Assembly: GCA_023953695.1 (NCBI GenBank)
Contig: JAMLJG010000003.1
Location: 7,012-71,011, forward strand
Length of the DNA stretch: 64,000 bases
Reading direction: 5' to 3'
Origin: Kiritimatiellia bacterium
GTDB taxonomy: Bacteria > Verrucomicrobiota > Kiritimatiellia > CAIVKH01
Position numbers and translations under genes: made by a program. Under the pieces are notes generated by a model. It was given only the letters and a program-made list of their open reading frames with translations, had not been told where the DNA came from and did not search any database. Below are positions 9,555-20,671 of this stretch, one piece after another. Within the stretch, counting starts at the first letter, position 1, and each line of letters starts with the position of its first letter.

Positions 9555-10319
9555 TCATGACGATGGGGCTTCCCACGTTCGCTTGAAATCCTGGATGACG
9601 GCGTGATGGGTGAGGTCGAACCAGATCGGCGTGAGGGAGACATAGCCGTCTTCCAGAGCCTTGATATCGGTACCTTCGCCATCGCCAAACTGCTTCATCT
9701 CGCCATCCATCCAATAGTAGACATTGTTGCGCGGGTCGGTTCGACGATGGAAGATTTCGACAAAGCGGGAGCGCCCCATTCGCGTGACACGATAGCCTTT
9801 GATTTGGTCAAAGGGGAGATTGGGGACGTTGACATTGAGGAGTGTGTCGGGCGGCAATCCGTTTTGCGCGAGCTTGGGCACGAGGTCGCGCGCAACTCGG
9901 GCGGGGGTGTCCCAGATGGGGTCTGTGAAGGTGGCGAGCGAAATCGCCATGCTGGGGATCCCGAGAATCATTCCCTCTGTCGCTGCGGAGACAGTCCCCG
10001 AGTAGATTACGCTGATGCCCGCGTTGGGCCCGAGGTTAATGCCGCTGACCACGAGGTCGGGACGTTTTGGCAGAAGGGCCTCCACGGCCAATTTGACGCT
10101 GTCGGCGGGAGTGCCTCCGACGGCGTGACCGAAAAAGTTTCCATCCACTTCCACGGGCCTGCATTTGATCGGATTGGAAAGGGTAATGGCGTGGCCGACA
10201 GCGCTTTGCTCCACGTTGGGTGCGACGACGTGGGTTTCGCCCAAGTCCTGAATTGCCGCGTGAAGAGCCCGGATGCCGGGCGCGTGGATGCCGTCGTCAT
10301 TGCTAATCAAAATTCTCAT
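9555..10319 (-). CDS. surE: 5'/3'-nucleotidase SurE
   Basis: MRILISNDDGIHAPGIRAL...SGINLGPNAG are canonical SurE motifs. Confidence 0.93.
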   Translation of the reverse strand: MRILISNDDGIHAPGIRALHAAIQDLGETHVVAPNVEQSAVGHAITLSNPIKCRPVEVDGNFFGHAVGGTPADSVKLAVEALLPKRPDLVVSGINLGPNAGISVIYSGTVSAATEGMILGIPSMAISLATFTDPIWDTPARVARDLVPKLAQNGLPPDTLLNVNVPNLPFDQIKGYRVTRMGRSRFVEIFHRRTDPRNNVYYWMDGEMKQFGDGEGTDIKALEDGYVSLTPIWFDLTHHAVIQDFKRTWEAPSS

Positions 10320-10420
10320 GGTTGGAATCTCTCATGAGAGGCGGGTGAGGAACAAGCGGGAAGATGCGTGTGGAGCTTGCCAGCGATGGGGTGGGCGGGG
10401 TAGGGTTTGCTCGGCCGTGC

Positions 10421-10702
<282 letters not shown>

Positions 10703-10725
10703 ACTTTTTAGATAGGAAAATAACG

Positions 10726-12462
10726 GTGGCTGAAAAGAAAACAAAAACACACGAAGTGCTGGCGCGGAAATATCGGCCGCAGAAGTTTTCTGATGTTGTC
10801 GCGCAGCAGCATGTCACGCAAACGCTGAGCAATGCCATCCAGTCCGGTCGCATAGCCCAGGCCTATCTCTTTGTGGGGCCCCGCGGCGTTGGCAAAACGA
10901 CCTTGGCGCGCATTTATGCAAAGGCGTTGAACTGCGAAAAGGGCCCAACGCCTGATCCTTGCGACAACTGCGCCATTTGCCAGTCCATCAGCGAGGGGCG
11001 TTGTTTGGATGTGATGGAGTTCGACGCGGCTTCGAACACGCAGGTGGATCGGGTTCGCGAGATCATTTTGGACCACATCGGCTTTGCTCCTGCGCAGACG
11101 AGATACAAAGTGTTCATCATTGACGAAGTGCACATGCTCTCGGCCTCCTCGTTCAATGCGTTGCTCAAGACGCTGGAGGAACCGCCGCCTCATGTGCGTT
11201 TCGTGTTTGCGACGACGGAGCCGCAGAAAATCCCCGCGACCATTCTTTCGCGATGCCAGCGCTTTGATCTGCGCCGCATCCCCACCGCTGCCATTGTCGC
11301 AACGCTCGACAAGATCGCGAAATTGGAGAAGGTGAAGTTGGAGGGCGATGCCGCGCTGGCTATTGCGCGAGGCGCTGAGGGCGGGTTGCGCGATGCGGAG
11401 TCCGCCCTGGATCAGTTGATCGCGTTTTGCGGCAACAATATCACGGAGGCCGACGTGCTTTCCGTATTCGGTCTTGTCGCGTGGAACAGCGTGCAGGAAA
11501 TGGCCACGGCCCTCTTGAGGGGCGATGTTGCGACGCTGTTTCGCTATATCGCGCAGATGGACGATGGGGGTAAGGATTTGCAGCGCCTATCGGTCGAGCT
11601 GCTCGAGTATTTCCGCGACCTCCTGGTGGTCGCCTATGCCGGCGGACTTGGCAGCGATGTTAGCGACAACGAGGCGCGCTTGAGCGTGCTACGCGAGCAA
11701 GCGGCGCTCGCGAGCACCGAGCGGTTGGGGCGAATCGCCGATATTCTTGTGGATGTGCAGGGACAATTGCGCTACGCGCTTTCACGGCGAACGCTTTTGG
11801 AGGTTTCGTTGGCGCGCGCCTCGCGCGCCGCCACGGCCGTTTTGCTTGATGACGTTGTCGCCGCACTTGCCGAAGCTCCGGAAGAGGGGAGATCGGACTC
11901 CGAGTCTTCCCCGCGCGCGCCTTTGGTGTCGCCGGCGGCGCAGCCGAATCCGGTATCGGCGCCGGCGCAGACTCCGTCGCCGCGCGCTGAAGAACCACCG
12001 CCGGTTCCGCGTCGGTCGCGCACGATCGCCGCGCCGGCCGATCCGGCGGCCGAGTTGGCCGCTCTTCATGCGAATTGGAGTGGCGTGGTGGAGAAGGCGG
12101 GCGAGGTCAATCCCTTGATGCGTTCCTCCCTGAAGGACGCGACACCGGTTGGGGTGGATGATGACAGCGTGACGTTGTCTTTCGATCCTGAGTTCGCTTC
12201 GAGTTTGGAAAAGCTGAATGTGCCCCGCAGCATTCGGCTGCTGCAAAAGTTGGTTGAAGAAATACTGCGTCGCCCCGTATCCCTCAACCTTGTTGTGGGC
12301 GCACCTCGCCCCGATGCAGAGATTCTTAACCCAACTGATTCGAAGCCAGCCGGGAAGCATCCGGATTCCTCAGAGGCGGGAAAACGAGACTGGCGCAAGG
12401 AGGATGCGGTTCGCCGCGCGATGGATGCGTTCAATGGCGATATTATTGATGTCCGAGAATAG
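10726..12462 (+). CDS. dnaX: DNA polymerase III subunits gamma/tau
   Basis: AAA+ clamp-loader motifs (GPRGVGKTT, zinc module CDNCAICQ, SRC). Pro/Ala-rich linker, tau C-terminal region. GTG at 10726 chosen (RBS AGGAAAA upstream) because the longer ORF-track start at 10693 overlaps the SRP RNA 3' end. Confidence 0.93.
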   Translation: MAEKKTKTHEVLARKYRPQKFSDVVAQQHVTQTLSNAIQSGRIAQAYLFVGPRGVGKTTLARIYAKALNCEKGPTPDPCDNCAICQSISEGRCLDVMEFDAASNTQVDRVREIILDHIGFAPAQTRYKVFIIDEVHMLSASSFNALLKTLEEPPPHVRFVFATTEPQKIPATILSRCQRFDLRRIPTAAIVATLDKIAKLEKVKLEGDAALAIARGAEGGLRDAESALDQLIAFCGNNITEADVLSVFGLVAWNSVQEMATALLRGDVATLFRYIAQMDDGGKDLQRLSVELLEYFRDLLVVAYAGGLGSDVSDNEARLSVLREQAALASTERLGRIADILVDVQGQLRYALSRRTLLEVSLARASRAATAVLLDDVVAALAEAPEEGRSDSESSPRAPLVSPAAQPNPVSAPAQTPSPRAEEPPPVPRRSRTIAAPADPAAELAALHANWSGVVEKAGEVNPLMRSSLKDATPVGVDDDSVTLSFDPEFASSLEKLNVPRSIRLLQKLVEEILRRPVSLNLVVGAPRPDAEILNPTDSKPAGKHPDSSEAGKRDWRKEDAVRRAMDAFNGDIIDVRE

Positions 12463-12471
12463 GAGAAGACG

Positions 12472-12777
12472 ATGAATGTGATGAAATTGATGAAGCAAGC
12501 GCAGGCGATGCAGCAGAATGTGCAGAAGCTGCAAGAGGACCTCGCTCAGCGCGAATATTCCTTTTCCGCAGGCGGCGGGGCGGTCACGGCAGTTGCCGGT
12601 GGCGATATGTTGGTGAAGCAGGTAACGATTTCACCCCAGGTTGCCGATCCCGATGATCTGGACATGCTTCAGGATCTCGTGATCTCGGCTGTGAATGGCG
12701 CATTGAGCGCGGCGCGTGATGATGCGTCGGCGGAGATGGGCAAGATTACGGGCGGACTCAACATCCCGGGGATGTAA
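12472..12777 (+). CDS. ybaB: Nucleoid-associated protein YbaB/EbfC
   Basis: ~100 aa, MNVMKLMKQAQAMQQNVQKLQEDL... Sits between dnaX and recR in conserved synteny. Confidence 0.92.
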   Translation: MNVMKLMKQAQAMQQNVQKLQEDLAQREYSFSAGGGAVTAVAGGDMLVKQVTISPQVADPDDLDMLQDLVISAVNGALSAARDDASAEMGKITGGLNIPGM

Positions 12778-12783
12778 AATCCG

Positions 12784-13380
12784 ATGCCGGAGGCATTGGA
12801 CAAATTGATTTCGGGACTTGGCCGTCTTCCGGGCGTCGGCAAGCGTTCTGCCGAACGGATGGCCATGGCGATTTTGCGCGATCCTGCGGGTACGGGCGCT
12901 GAGTTGCTCGCGACGCTACAGCACGCGATTCAGCAACTCACGCCGTGCCGCACCTGCGGAAATATCACTCTCCGCAGTCAGGATCCCTGCAGTTTGTGCG
13001 CCGATCCGCGCCGCGATTCCACTTTGCTGTGTGTTGTGGAGGAGCCTGCGGATATTCTCGCGATGGAGCGATCGGGTGCATATCGAGGTCGCTACCACGC
13101 CTTGATGGGGCGCTTGTCGCCCATGAGGGGAGAGGGTGTCCGGCATCTCCGTGTGGATTCTCTAATCGAGCGCGTTAAGCGGGAGGGCATTCGCGAAGTT
13201 CTTCTCGCGCTGAACAGCGATGTGGAAAGCGATGCTACGGCCTCCTATCTCCGCGATGTTCTCGCGAGCATAGACGTCAAGGTCACCCAGCTCGCGCGCG
13301 GCATTCCATCGGGCAGTGGGCTGGCCTATTCGGATGCCACCACACTCTCGCGCGCACTGGCGAATCGCCAAGTTTGGTAG
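12784..13380 (+). CDS. recR: Recombination protein RecR
   Basis: HhH (LPGVGKRSAERMA), C4 zinc finger (CRTCGN...CSLC), Toprim. Confidence 0.95.
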   Translation: MPEALDKLISGLGRLPGVGKRSAERMAMAILRDPAGTGAELLATLQHAIQQLTPCRTCGNITLRSQDPCSLCADPRRDSTLLCVVEEPADILAMERSGAYRGRYHALMGRLSPMRGEGVRHLRVDSLIERVKREGIREVLLALNSDVESDATASYLRDVLASIDVKVTQLARGIPSGSGLAYSDATTLSRALANRQVW

Positions 13381-13502
13381 TGGCCAATCTGCTCCCCGCG
13401 CGCTCATTCCGTTTGTGCAATGGCTTCCTCGCATTGCGCGTAGAAGGGATACCGCTGCTGACTCCGCTCTCCCACTGGCTGTGTGCGAGCGCTGGTGCGG
13501 TG

Positions 13503-15227
13503 TCAGGGAGGCAGGAGGCGTGCTCGAAAAAGCTGGACTGCAGGCCCGGCGCTCACCGGCGCGGTGAGCAGCGGGTCGAGTGCATTGCTCACGGTGGTGA
13601 ACGATGTCCAGGATCCTCCGTTCTCGCTCGCCTCCAGCGCATAGGTGTAGCCTTCCTCCGCCAGTAGGGAGACTGAGTCGGGTTCGATTTGAACCATCTT
13701 CATGCTGGCTCCTCCGGTATAGGCGCCGGGGGGGCGGTGCAACTGGTGGCGCGGGTGCTGATTGCGCTCGCGGGGCACCGCGTTGGAGAGATTGCCCACC
13801 GGGACGAGTGGTGGCGATGGGCGGTCTCCTCCCGGGAACGGTGGAATGGGATAGGTGATGGCCCGAAAGATGTCACCCGTGATGGCGGGCCGAAAATCGT
13901 TCGCGCCCAGGTTCACGAAAAGAGGGTAGAGGGTGTTGAAGTGGTTTTCTGCGCGCAATTGCGATTCATTGCACGTTGGATTGTTCGTCGCGCAGCCCGT
14001 GGAGTCACCCAGCACGGGATGATTGGTGGGGCCATTCCAGATCAGGTTTCCTCGGATATGAAGATTGATATCCCCATACGAAGGGGAGGGGATGTTGGAA
14101 TTGGTGGGTGGTAATGTAGCCCCGCGGATGGCGAACTGCTGCCACTGGCTGTGGTTCGCCGGAGGGTTTAGCACTATGTTGTTGTAGATATAGACGTTGC
14201 GATTGGGAATGTATTGCGAATCGTCCTCCGGGACCGATAGACCCCATCCGCCTGCCAGGCGATTGTTTTCGCAATCTGCCCAATTCCCATCGCATCCGCG
14301 CGCACCATGCACCACTTCAATGACGTGGCTGCGGCTGCCGACGCGAACCAAGGTGTTGTAGGCCAGCAAGATGTTGTAGCCGCCATTGACACCGAGGCCC
14401 GCACCTTCGGTGTCGTGAATTACGTTGTTTGCTATTTTGATATCGTAGGCTTCGTAGTGAAGCCAGGGATTGGTCATGAACTCAAATCCCGTACCCTGAC
14501 CCGCAGTGATACCGCCGGTCCCAGCGTCATACACCTCATTGCCATCAATGAGAATCTGGGCTGAACCGCCTTTTACATAGAGAGCCCAGTCATTGGCTTG
14601 GTGAATTTTCGAGCGAACGATGTGCCCATATTGAACGGCAACAAAGTCCACCGCGTTATCGCCCGCGCCGGAAATGTCGCAGTCTTCAATGTAGATGTTC
14701 TGACACTGGTTAACTTTGACCGTTTCGTGAGCGAAGTTGTAGCCGCGAATGGTGCAGTTCCGAAGAAGAACGAACTGACATTGCTCCAAATGGAAGGCAT
14801 CGCCACCATCGGCGAGCTTGCGGAATTCGATGCCGAGAAAATAGAGATAGGCGCAGTCGAAGATGTTGGGATCCGGCAGAATCACGGATCCGGGCGGGCC
14901 CTCCGCCTGTAGGATGATGGGATGTGCGGCCGTGCCGTACCGAGACTCCCAATAGTTGGGAATAGAAGTGTGCGTACCGGGTTGTAGACGAAGGCGAAAT
15001 CCATTGGTGAGCGCAATGCCCATTGGGATCCGATTCCACGCCTCGGTCACCGTGCGGACAGCCAGATTCGACGTCGCCCCGGAATTGGCGTTATTGCCAT
15101 TGATTGCATCCACCCAGATATCCCGAGTGGTCGGACTCCCAATCGCATAAGAAGTCGGTTCCCATACTTGTGCGGACGATTCCAGACACAGCAACCCAAC
15201 CAGAGTGGCGATCCCAGCATATTTCAT
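13503..15227 (-). CDS. Secreted right-handed parallel beta-helix (pectin-lyase-fold) protein
   Basis: Signal peptide MKYAGIATLVGLLCLESSAQV at the internal ATG (15227). Repeated NxxIxxN/Cx(I/V) beta-helix repeat pattern. C-terminal region resembles a Big/sorting-like domain. The ORF-track N-terminal extension (to 15326) is rejected. Confidence 0.65.
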   Translation of the reverse strand: MKYAGIATLVGLLCLESSAQVWEPTSYAIGSPTTRDIWVDAINGNNANSGATSNLAVRTVTEAWNRIPMGIALTNGFRLRLQPGTHTSIPNYWESRYGTAAHPIILQAEGPPGSVILPDPNIFDCAYLYFLGIEFRKLADGGDAFHLEQCQFVLLRNCTIRGYNFAHETVKVNQCQNIYIEDCDISGAGDNAVDFVAVQYGHIVRSKIHQANDWALYVKGGSAQILIDGNEVYDAGTGGITAGQGTGFEFMTNPWLHYEAYDIKIANNVIHDTEGAGLGVNGGYNILLAYNTLVRVGSRSHVIEVVHGARGCDGNWADCENNRLAGGWGLSVPEDDSQYIPNRNVYIYNNIVLNPPANHSQWQQFAIRGATLPPTNSNIPSPSYGDINLHIRGNLIWNGPTNHPVLGDSTGCATNNPTCNESQLRAENHFNTLYPLFVNLGANDFRPAITGDIFRAITYPIPPFPGGDRPSPPLVPVGNLSNAVPRERNQHPRHQLHRPPGAYTGGASMKMVQIEPDSVSLLAEEGYTYALEASENGGSWTSFTTVSNALDPLLTAPVSAGPAVQLFRARLLPP

Positions 15228-15345
15228 GCGAACACCTCTCGACCTGGACAGAATGTACCGCTGGAGTGGGGGGGCTGTAAAATGGCGGATGTGAAGCGGG
15301 GAAATTGGGAATTCGCGCCGAAACAATTTGAGCTAGGAGCCTTCG

Positions 15346-16272
15346 GTGGATAAATTGCAGCCTTTGGAGAAGGCTGTGGCTGCACATCTAATAGACGGCA
15401 AATTTATCGCTCGGCAAATTCGCGATGAGCTAAGGGCAGACGTGACCGAGCTTGCAACCCGGGGCGTTGTCCCCGGTCTGGGCGTATTGCTGGTCGGCAA
15501 TCATCCGGCTTCGCGCTCCTATGTGACGGCCAAGGAGAAGGCCTGTGCTGAAATCGGAATGCTCTCCCGCGAGATAAATCTACCCGAAACGGCCACCCCG
15601 CGCGAGATTGTGCAAGCCGTTGAAACGCTCAATGCAGCCTCCGACATTCACGGGATATTGGTTCAGCTGCCATTGCCCGACAGCTCAATTGAGCAGGAGG
15701 TTCTACAAACGGTGGATCCGGGCAAGGATGTGGATGGATTTCATCCCGTCAATGTGGGCCGCATGGTGTTGGGTCTGCCTGCCTATTGGCCCTGCACGCC
15801 TCACGGCATCTTGCAGATGCTGAAGCGCAGCAGCATCCCTGTGGCGGGCGCTCATGTGGTCGTTATAGGACGCAGCAATATCGTGGGGCGACCGCTTTCA
15901 ATTCTTCTGTCCATGAAGCATGTCCTCGGCAATGCAACGGTCACGCTCTGCCACACGGGCTCGCGCGACATTGCGAAGCTCACTCGGCAAGCTGACATCG
16001 TGATCGCGGCCGCTGGACGCCCGCACACCCTGACGGCGGACATGGTGCGGCCCGGGGCTGCAGTGATTGATGTGGGAGTGAATCGCGTGGAGGACCCGAC
16101 GCGCGAGCGGGGCTATCGCCTGATCGGCGACGCGGATTTTGACGACTTGCTGCCAATTGCCTCGGCGATTACCCCAGTTCCCGGCGGCGTAGGCCCCATG
16201 ACCATTGCTATGCTCCTCCACAATACGGTGCAGGCGGCGCGCCGCCTGACGAACAACGAAGCGAAGGGCTAA
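15346..16272 (+). CDS. folD: Bifunctional methylenetetrahydrofolate dehydrogenase/cyclohydrolase
   Basis: Canonical FolD motifs (LIDGK...GNHPASRSYV...VVIGRSNIVGRP). GTG start with AGGAG RBS. Confidence 0.93.
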   Translation: MDKLQPLEKAVAAHLIDGKFIARQIRDELRADVTELATRGVVPGLGVLLVGNHPASRSYVTAKEKACAEIGMLSREINLPETATPREIVQAVETLNAASDIHGILVQLPLPDSSIEQEVLQTVDPGKDVDGFHPVNVGRMVLGLPAYWPCTPHGILQMLKRSSIPVAGAHVVVIGRSNIVGRPLSILLSMKHVLGNATVTLCHTGSRDIAKLTRQADIVIAAAGRPHTLTADMVRPGAAVIDVGVNRVEDPTRERGYRLIGDADFDDLLPIASAITPVPGGVGPMTIAMLLHNTVQAARRLTNNEAKG

Positions 16273-16276
16273 TGCC

Positions 16277-17395
16277 GTGCGGGTGCTGAATCGCTATTTG
16301 ATGACCGACTTCTTCGTCTCCTTTGGAATGACGCTGCTCGTTTTCACCTTCGTGATGAGCCTCGGCGCAGTGGTGAAGGCCATTGATCTTGGCGCGCGCG
16401 GAGTTTCGGGGCTGCTCCTCCTGAAATTCTTCAGCTTCAATATCCCGTATATGCTGACATTCACGTTGCCCATGAGCGTCCTCACGGCAACTCTTTTGCT
16501 TTTCGGACGTCTTTCTTTCGACGGCGAACTGACGGCGATGCGCGCATCCGGAATGAGCCTCTGGCAGGTCATCGCACCCGTCGTCTTTATCTCCATCGCC
16601 GTCTCCACGCTCTGCATTGCCATCACAGCGGAGATTGCGCCCCGAGCGCGGCACGCCATGCGATCCGCGCTCGTTCAGCTCGGCGCGGAAGATCCGATCA
16701 ACCTCTTGGAGGCAGGCCGATTTGTCCGCGATTTCCCGGGTCTTATGATCTATATCGGAAGTCGCTCGGGGAGTCGCGTCACGGATGTGATCGTCTACGA
16801 ATTGGCCGACGAGGGCGCCGATCGAAATGTGCGAGCAAAATACGGCACCTTGCGAACGGATAAAGAAGCGAAGGTCATGTATATTGATCTCTACGAAGTG
16901 CGGATTGACCAACGCGACGAGAAGAAACAAGGCGACACGTCACAAACGCAATATATCAATGCGAGCCACTATCCGGTGCGCCTCGATTTTTCGGAAATGC
17001 AGAATAAGACGGTGCGCCGAAAAGTGTCGGATTTGGTCTTCTTTGACCTGCTCAATGCGATACGCGATATCAAGGGAATCTTTCCCGAGTTGAAGAAGGA
17101 AGATATGAATCGCCAGCGCATGACGCTCGTCGTGGAGGCAAACAAGCGCCTGGCCCTTTCCATCTCTTGCTTTGCGTTCACCCTGCTGGCCGTGCCATTG
17201 GGCATGCGATCCAAGCGCAAGGAGTCGTCGGTTGGCATTGGCATAGCCCTGCTGATGGTCTTCTTCTTCTATCTCTTCATCATCGTCGCGAATTCCCTGG
17301 TGAAGCACCCGGAATTTCGCCCCGACCTGATCGTCTGGATTCCCGTCATCGGTGCAGAAATCGCCGGGTATGTGCTCATTCGCCGGATGATGTGA
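16277..17395 (+). CDS. LPS export ABC transporter permease, LptF/LptG (YjgP/YjgQ) family
   Basis: Six-TM YjgP/YjgQ-type topology with large periplasmic loop. Family-typical N-terminus MRVLNRYLMTDFF. Confidence 0.8.
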   Translation: MRVLNRYLMTDFFVSFGMTLLVFTFVMSLGAVVKAIDLGARGVSGLLLLKFFSFNIPYMLTFTLPMSVLTATLLLFGRLSFDGELTAMRASGMSLWQVIAPVVFISIAVSTLCIAITAEIAPRARHAMRSALVQLGAEDPINLLEAGRFVRDFPGLMIYIGSRSGSRVTDVIVYELADEGADRNVRAKYGTLRTDKEAKVMYIDLYEVRIDQRDEKKQGDTSQTQYINASHYPVRLDFSEMQNKTVRRKVSDLVFFDLLNAIRDIKGIFPELKKEDMNRQRMTLVVEANKRLALSISCFAFTLLAVPLGMRSKRKESSVGIGIALLMVFFFYLFIIVANSLVKHPEFRPDLIVWIPVIGAEIAGYVLIRRMM

Positions 17396-17441
17396 TGATG
17401 CTCCTGCGCGCAGCGCCATCTGCATCGCTGCGAATCGAGCG

Positions 17442-18872
17442 CTAGAGTCGTCGCCAAATGGCCACACGCAATCCGCGATGCTCGACTTCGGCCAGGACCG
17501 CCGCATCAGAAGGGGTTTCTGGAAGATGGCTATTCTTCGTGTTCAGCATAATCAAATCGCCCGGTCTCGATTGACGCCATGCCTCTTTCACGGAATCCAT
17601 GTCGGCAATGGGTCGCCCCGCATGGAACTCGATCGTTGCTCGGTGTCTGCCCACCAAGAAGACCCGCTCTGCATCGTGGACCTCGGGTAAGCAGGATTCA
17701 AGGGCTGCGCACAGGGCCTGTTTGGGCTCCGCGCGAGGCTGGGCAATCGAGACAAATACAACATACATAGGGAGAGCGATCGCCACCCCCCACGCGCTCC
17801 TGCGACGGAGCTGCGCCGCCTGTGGGCGGCCCCACAAGAGACCGCCCAGAAACCAACCGACAAGAAGACTGGCTGGAGGAATCAAGAGCGTGCAGTAGTG
17901 GATTTGTTTGCTGCTGGTCGCGGAGAGCGCGAGAAATGAGGTGATGAACCAAATCAGGCAAAACAGCAGAGCGCGCTTCGCTCGCGCGCGCCGCCACACG
18001 GCATAGAGCGCGGAGGGAAGCGCCAGCGACCACGGCAAAAATGCGATCAGGAGAGTATAGACGTAGTAATACCACGCTCCTCGGTGCTGCGACGTCTCGC
18101 CAAATGTCGCGGAGAGTTCCTGGCGCAGTTGCGCCAAGGAACCCGCACGCGCCCACAAATAGAGGTACCACGGGGAAGCGATTGCCAGCGCGATTGCAAA
18201 CCAAACAAACAGACCGATAAGTACCCGTGGCCCATGATGTGACGCGTTGATGCAAGGACGATTCCAAAGGGCAAAGCCCAGCCATGCGAGAAGAGGGAGA
18301 ACAAACGCGGCCGGACCTTTGGTCATGAATCCCAATCCGGACGCGAGCCCAGCCGCGACGATCCACATCCATCCCGCCGAGCGAAAGAAGGCGCGATAAC
18401 CGCTCCATGCGGCCAGCGCGGTCCAAAATGTTAACGGGACATCGGTTTCTGCTACTCGACCCTGACGCAGCATAATCAGGCTGGTTACACAACAGAGGGC
18501 CGCCACACACGCTCGGCGTTGGCCCATGAATCCACGCGCTGCAAAGAAGATCGTCAACGCCAACCCAACGCCAGCCAACGCCGAGGGCAATCGCGCTAGG
18601 AACGCGCTGTCGGTCGCGTTTCCCAAGCGATAGCAAGCCGCGACAGCCCAATACATCAAGGGCGGCTTGCGCAGCCGTATTTGGCCGAGATAGTCGGGAA
18701 GGAGCCAGCTTCCGCCATCCGCCATGCTGCGAGCCGTAAGCGCGACGCGCAGCTCCTGTTCGCGCTGAACAACGGAGGTGCCAAGCGCGGGAAGATAAAA
18801 GAGGAGCGCGATACCAATCACCCAGAACGCAGCGATGCGGCGACTCCGAACGCGCTGCGAATTGGGGTTCAT
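17442..18872 (-). CDS. Glycosyltransferase family 39 (ArnT/PMT-like) membrane protein
   Basis: Multi-TM GT-C fold protein with conserved motifs of the 4-amino-4-deoxy-L-arabinose / dolichyl-phosphate-mannose transferase family (RKPPLMYW...). Start set to internal ATG 18872 (MNPNSQ...). Confidence 0.75.
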   Translation of the reverse strand: MNPNSQRVRSRRIAAFWVIGIALLFYLPALGTSVVQREQELRVALTARSMADGGSWLLPDYLGQIRLRKPPLMYWAVAACYRLGNATDSAFLARLPSALAGVGLALTIFFAARGFMGQRRACVAALCCVTSLIMLRQGRVAETDVPLTFWTALAAWSGYRAFFRSAGWMWIVAAGLASGLGFMTKGPAAFVLPLLAWLGFALWNRPCINASHHGPRVLIGLFVWFAIALAIASPWYLYLWARAGSLAQLRQELSATFGETSQHRGAWYYYVYTLLIAFLPWSLALPSALYAVWRRARAKRALLFCLIWFITSFLALSATSSKQIHYCTLLIPPASLLVGWFLGGLLWGRPQAAQLRRRSAWGVAIALPMYVVFVSIAQPRAEPKQALCAALESCLPEVHDAERVFLVGRHRATIEFHAGRPIADMDSVKEAWRQSRPGDLIMLNTKNSHLPETPSDAAVLAEVEHRGLRVAIWRRL

Positions 18873-18882
18873 GGAATTGAAA

Positions 18883-19203
18883 TCAGCGGCGTGGCCGGGT
18901 TCGAGTATTGGTCGGCGCGTCGTCAATGAACTTGAAGACGGTTTCGCCGGGCTTCGCGAGCCCCAGCTCCTCGCGAGCAATCTTTTCCACGAAGTGCGGG
19001 TCGTTCCGCAAGCGATCCTGCTTGGACTTGAGGTGCTGGAGCATCTCCTCCTCGATCTTCACCTCTTCCTGCAATTCCGCATTGCGCCGCTGAAGGTCCT
19101 GGTGTTGACGAACTTTGGGATAGAAAATGCCCACCAGCCCTGCCAGCAGAATGAGGGCCAGCGCAACCCAGCAGATTCGAATTATGGTCCCCCAAATGTT
19201 CAT
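18883..19203 (-). CDS. ftsB: Cell division protein FtsB (septum formation initiator)
   Basis: ~106 aa, N-terminal TM helix then coiled coil (NAELQEEVKIEEEMLQHLKSKQDRLRNDPHFVEKIAREELGL). Immediately downstream of eno (conserved eno-ftsB synteny). Confidence 0.85.
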   Translation of the reverse strand: MNIWGTIIRICWVALALILLAGLVGIFYPKVRQHQDLQRRNAELQEEVKIEEEMLQHLKSKQDRLRNDPHFVEKIAREELGLAKPGETVFKFIDDAPTNTRTRPRR

Positions 19204-19283
19204 CTGGCACTCACTTCAAGCGGCAAACGGCGGAGCCGCCAGTCGGGTTGCTCCGCCGTTTCCACTTTCCCATCCGCCGAGAA

Positions 19284-20561
<1,278 letters not shown>

Positions 20562-20671
20562 TTATTTATTGAGATACAAAGTCGGGCGAGAGTAGAGCAT
20601 GCCTGCTCATATTTCAAGCGAGGAAGACGCGAAATCCTACTTGCGGTAGCGGTGAAAAACACTGCGGACGC

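Noticed and set aside
11747-12360. ORFs in alternative frames/strands within dnaX (Arg-rich 11747..12118+, 11782..12360-)
   Set aside because: They overlap the Pro/Ala-rich tau linker of dnaX. Arg-rich composition is a frame artefact.
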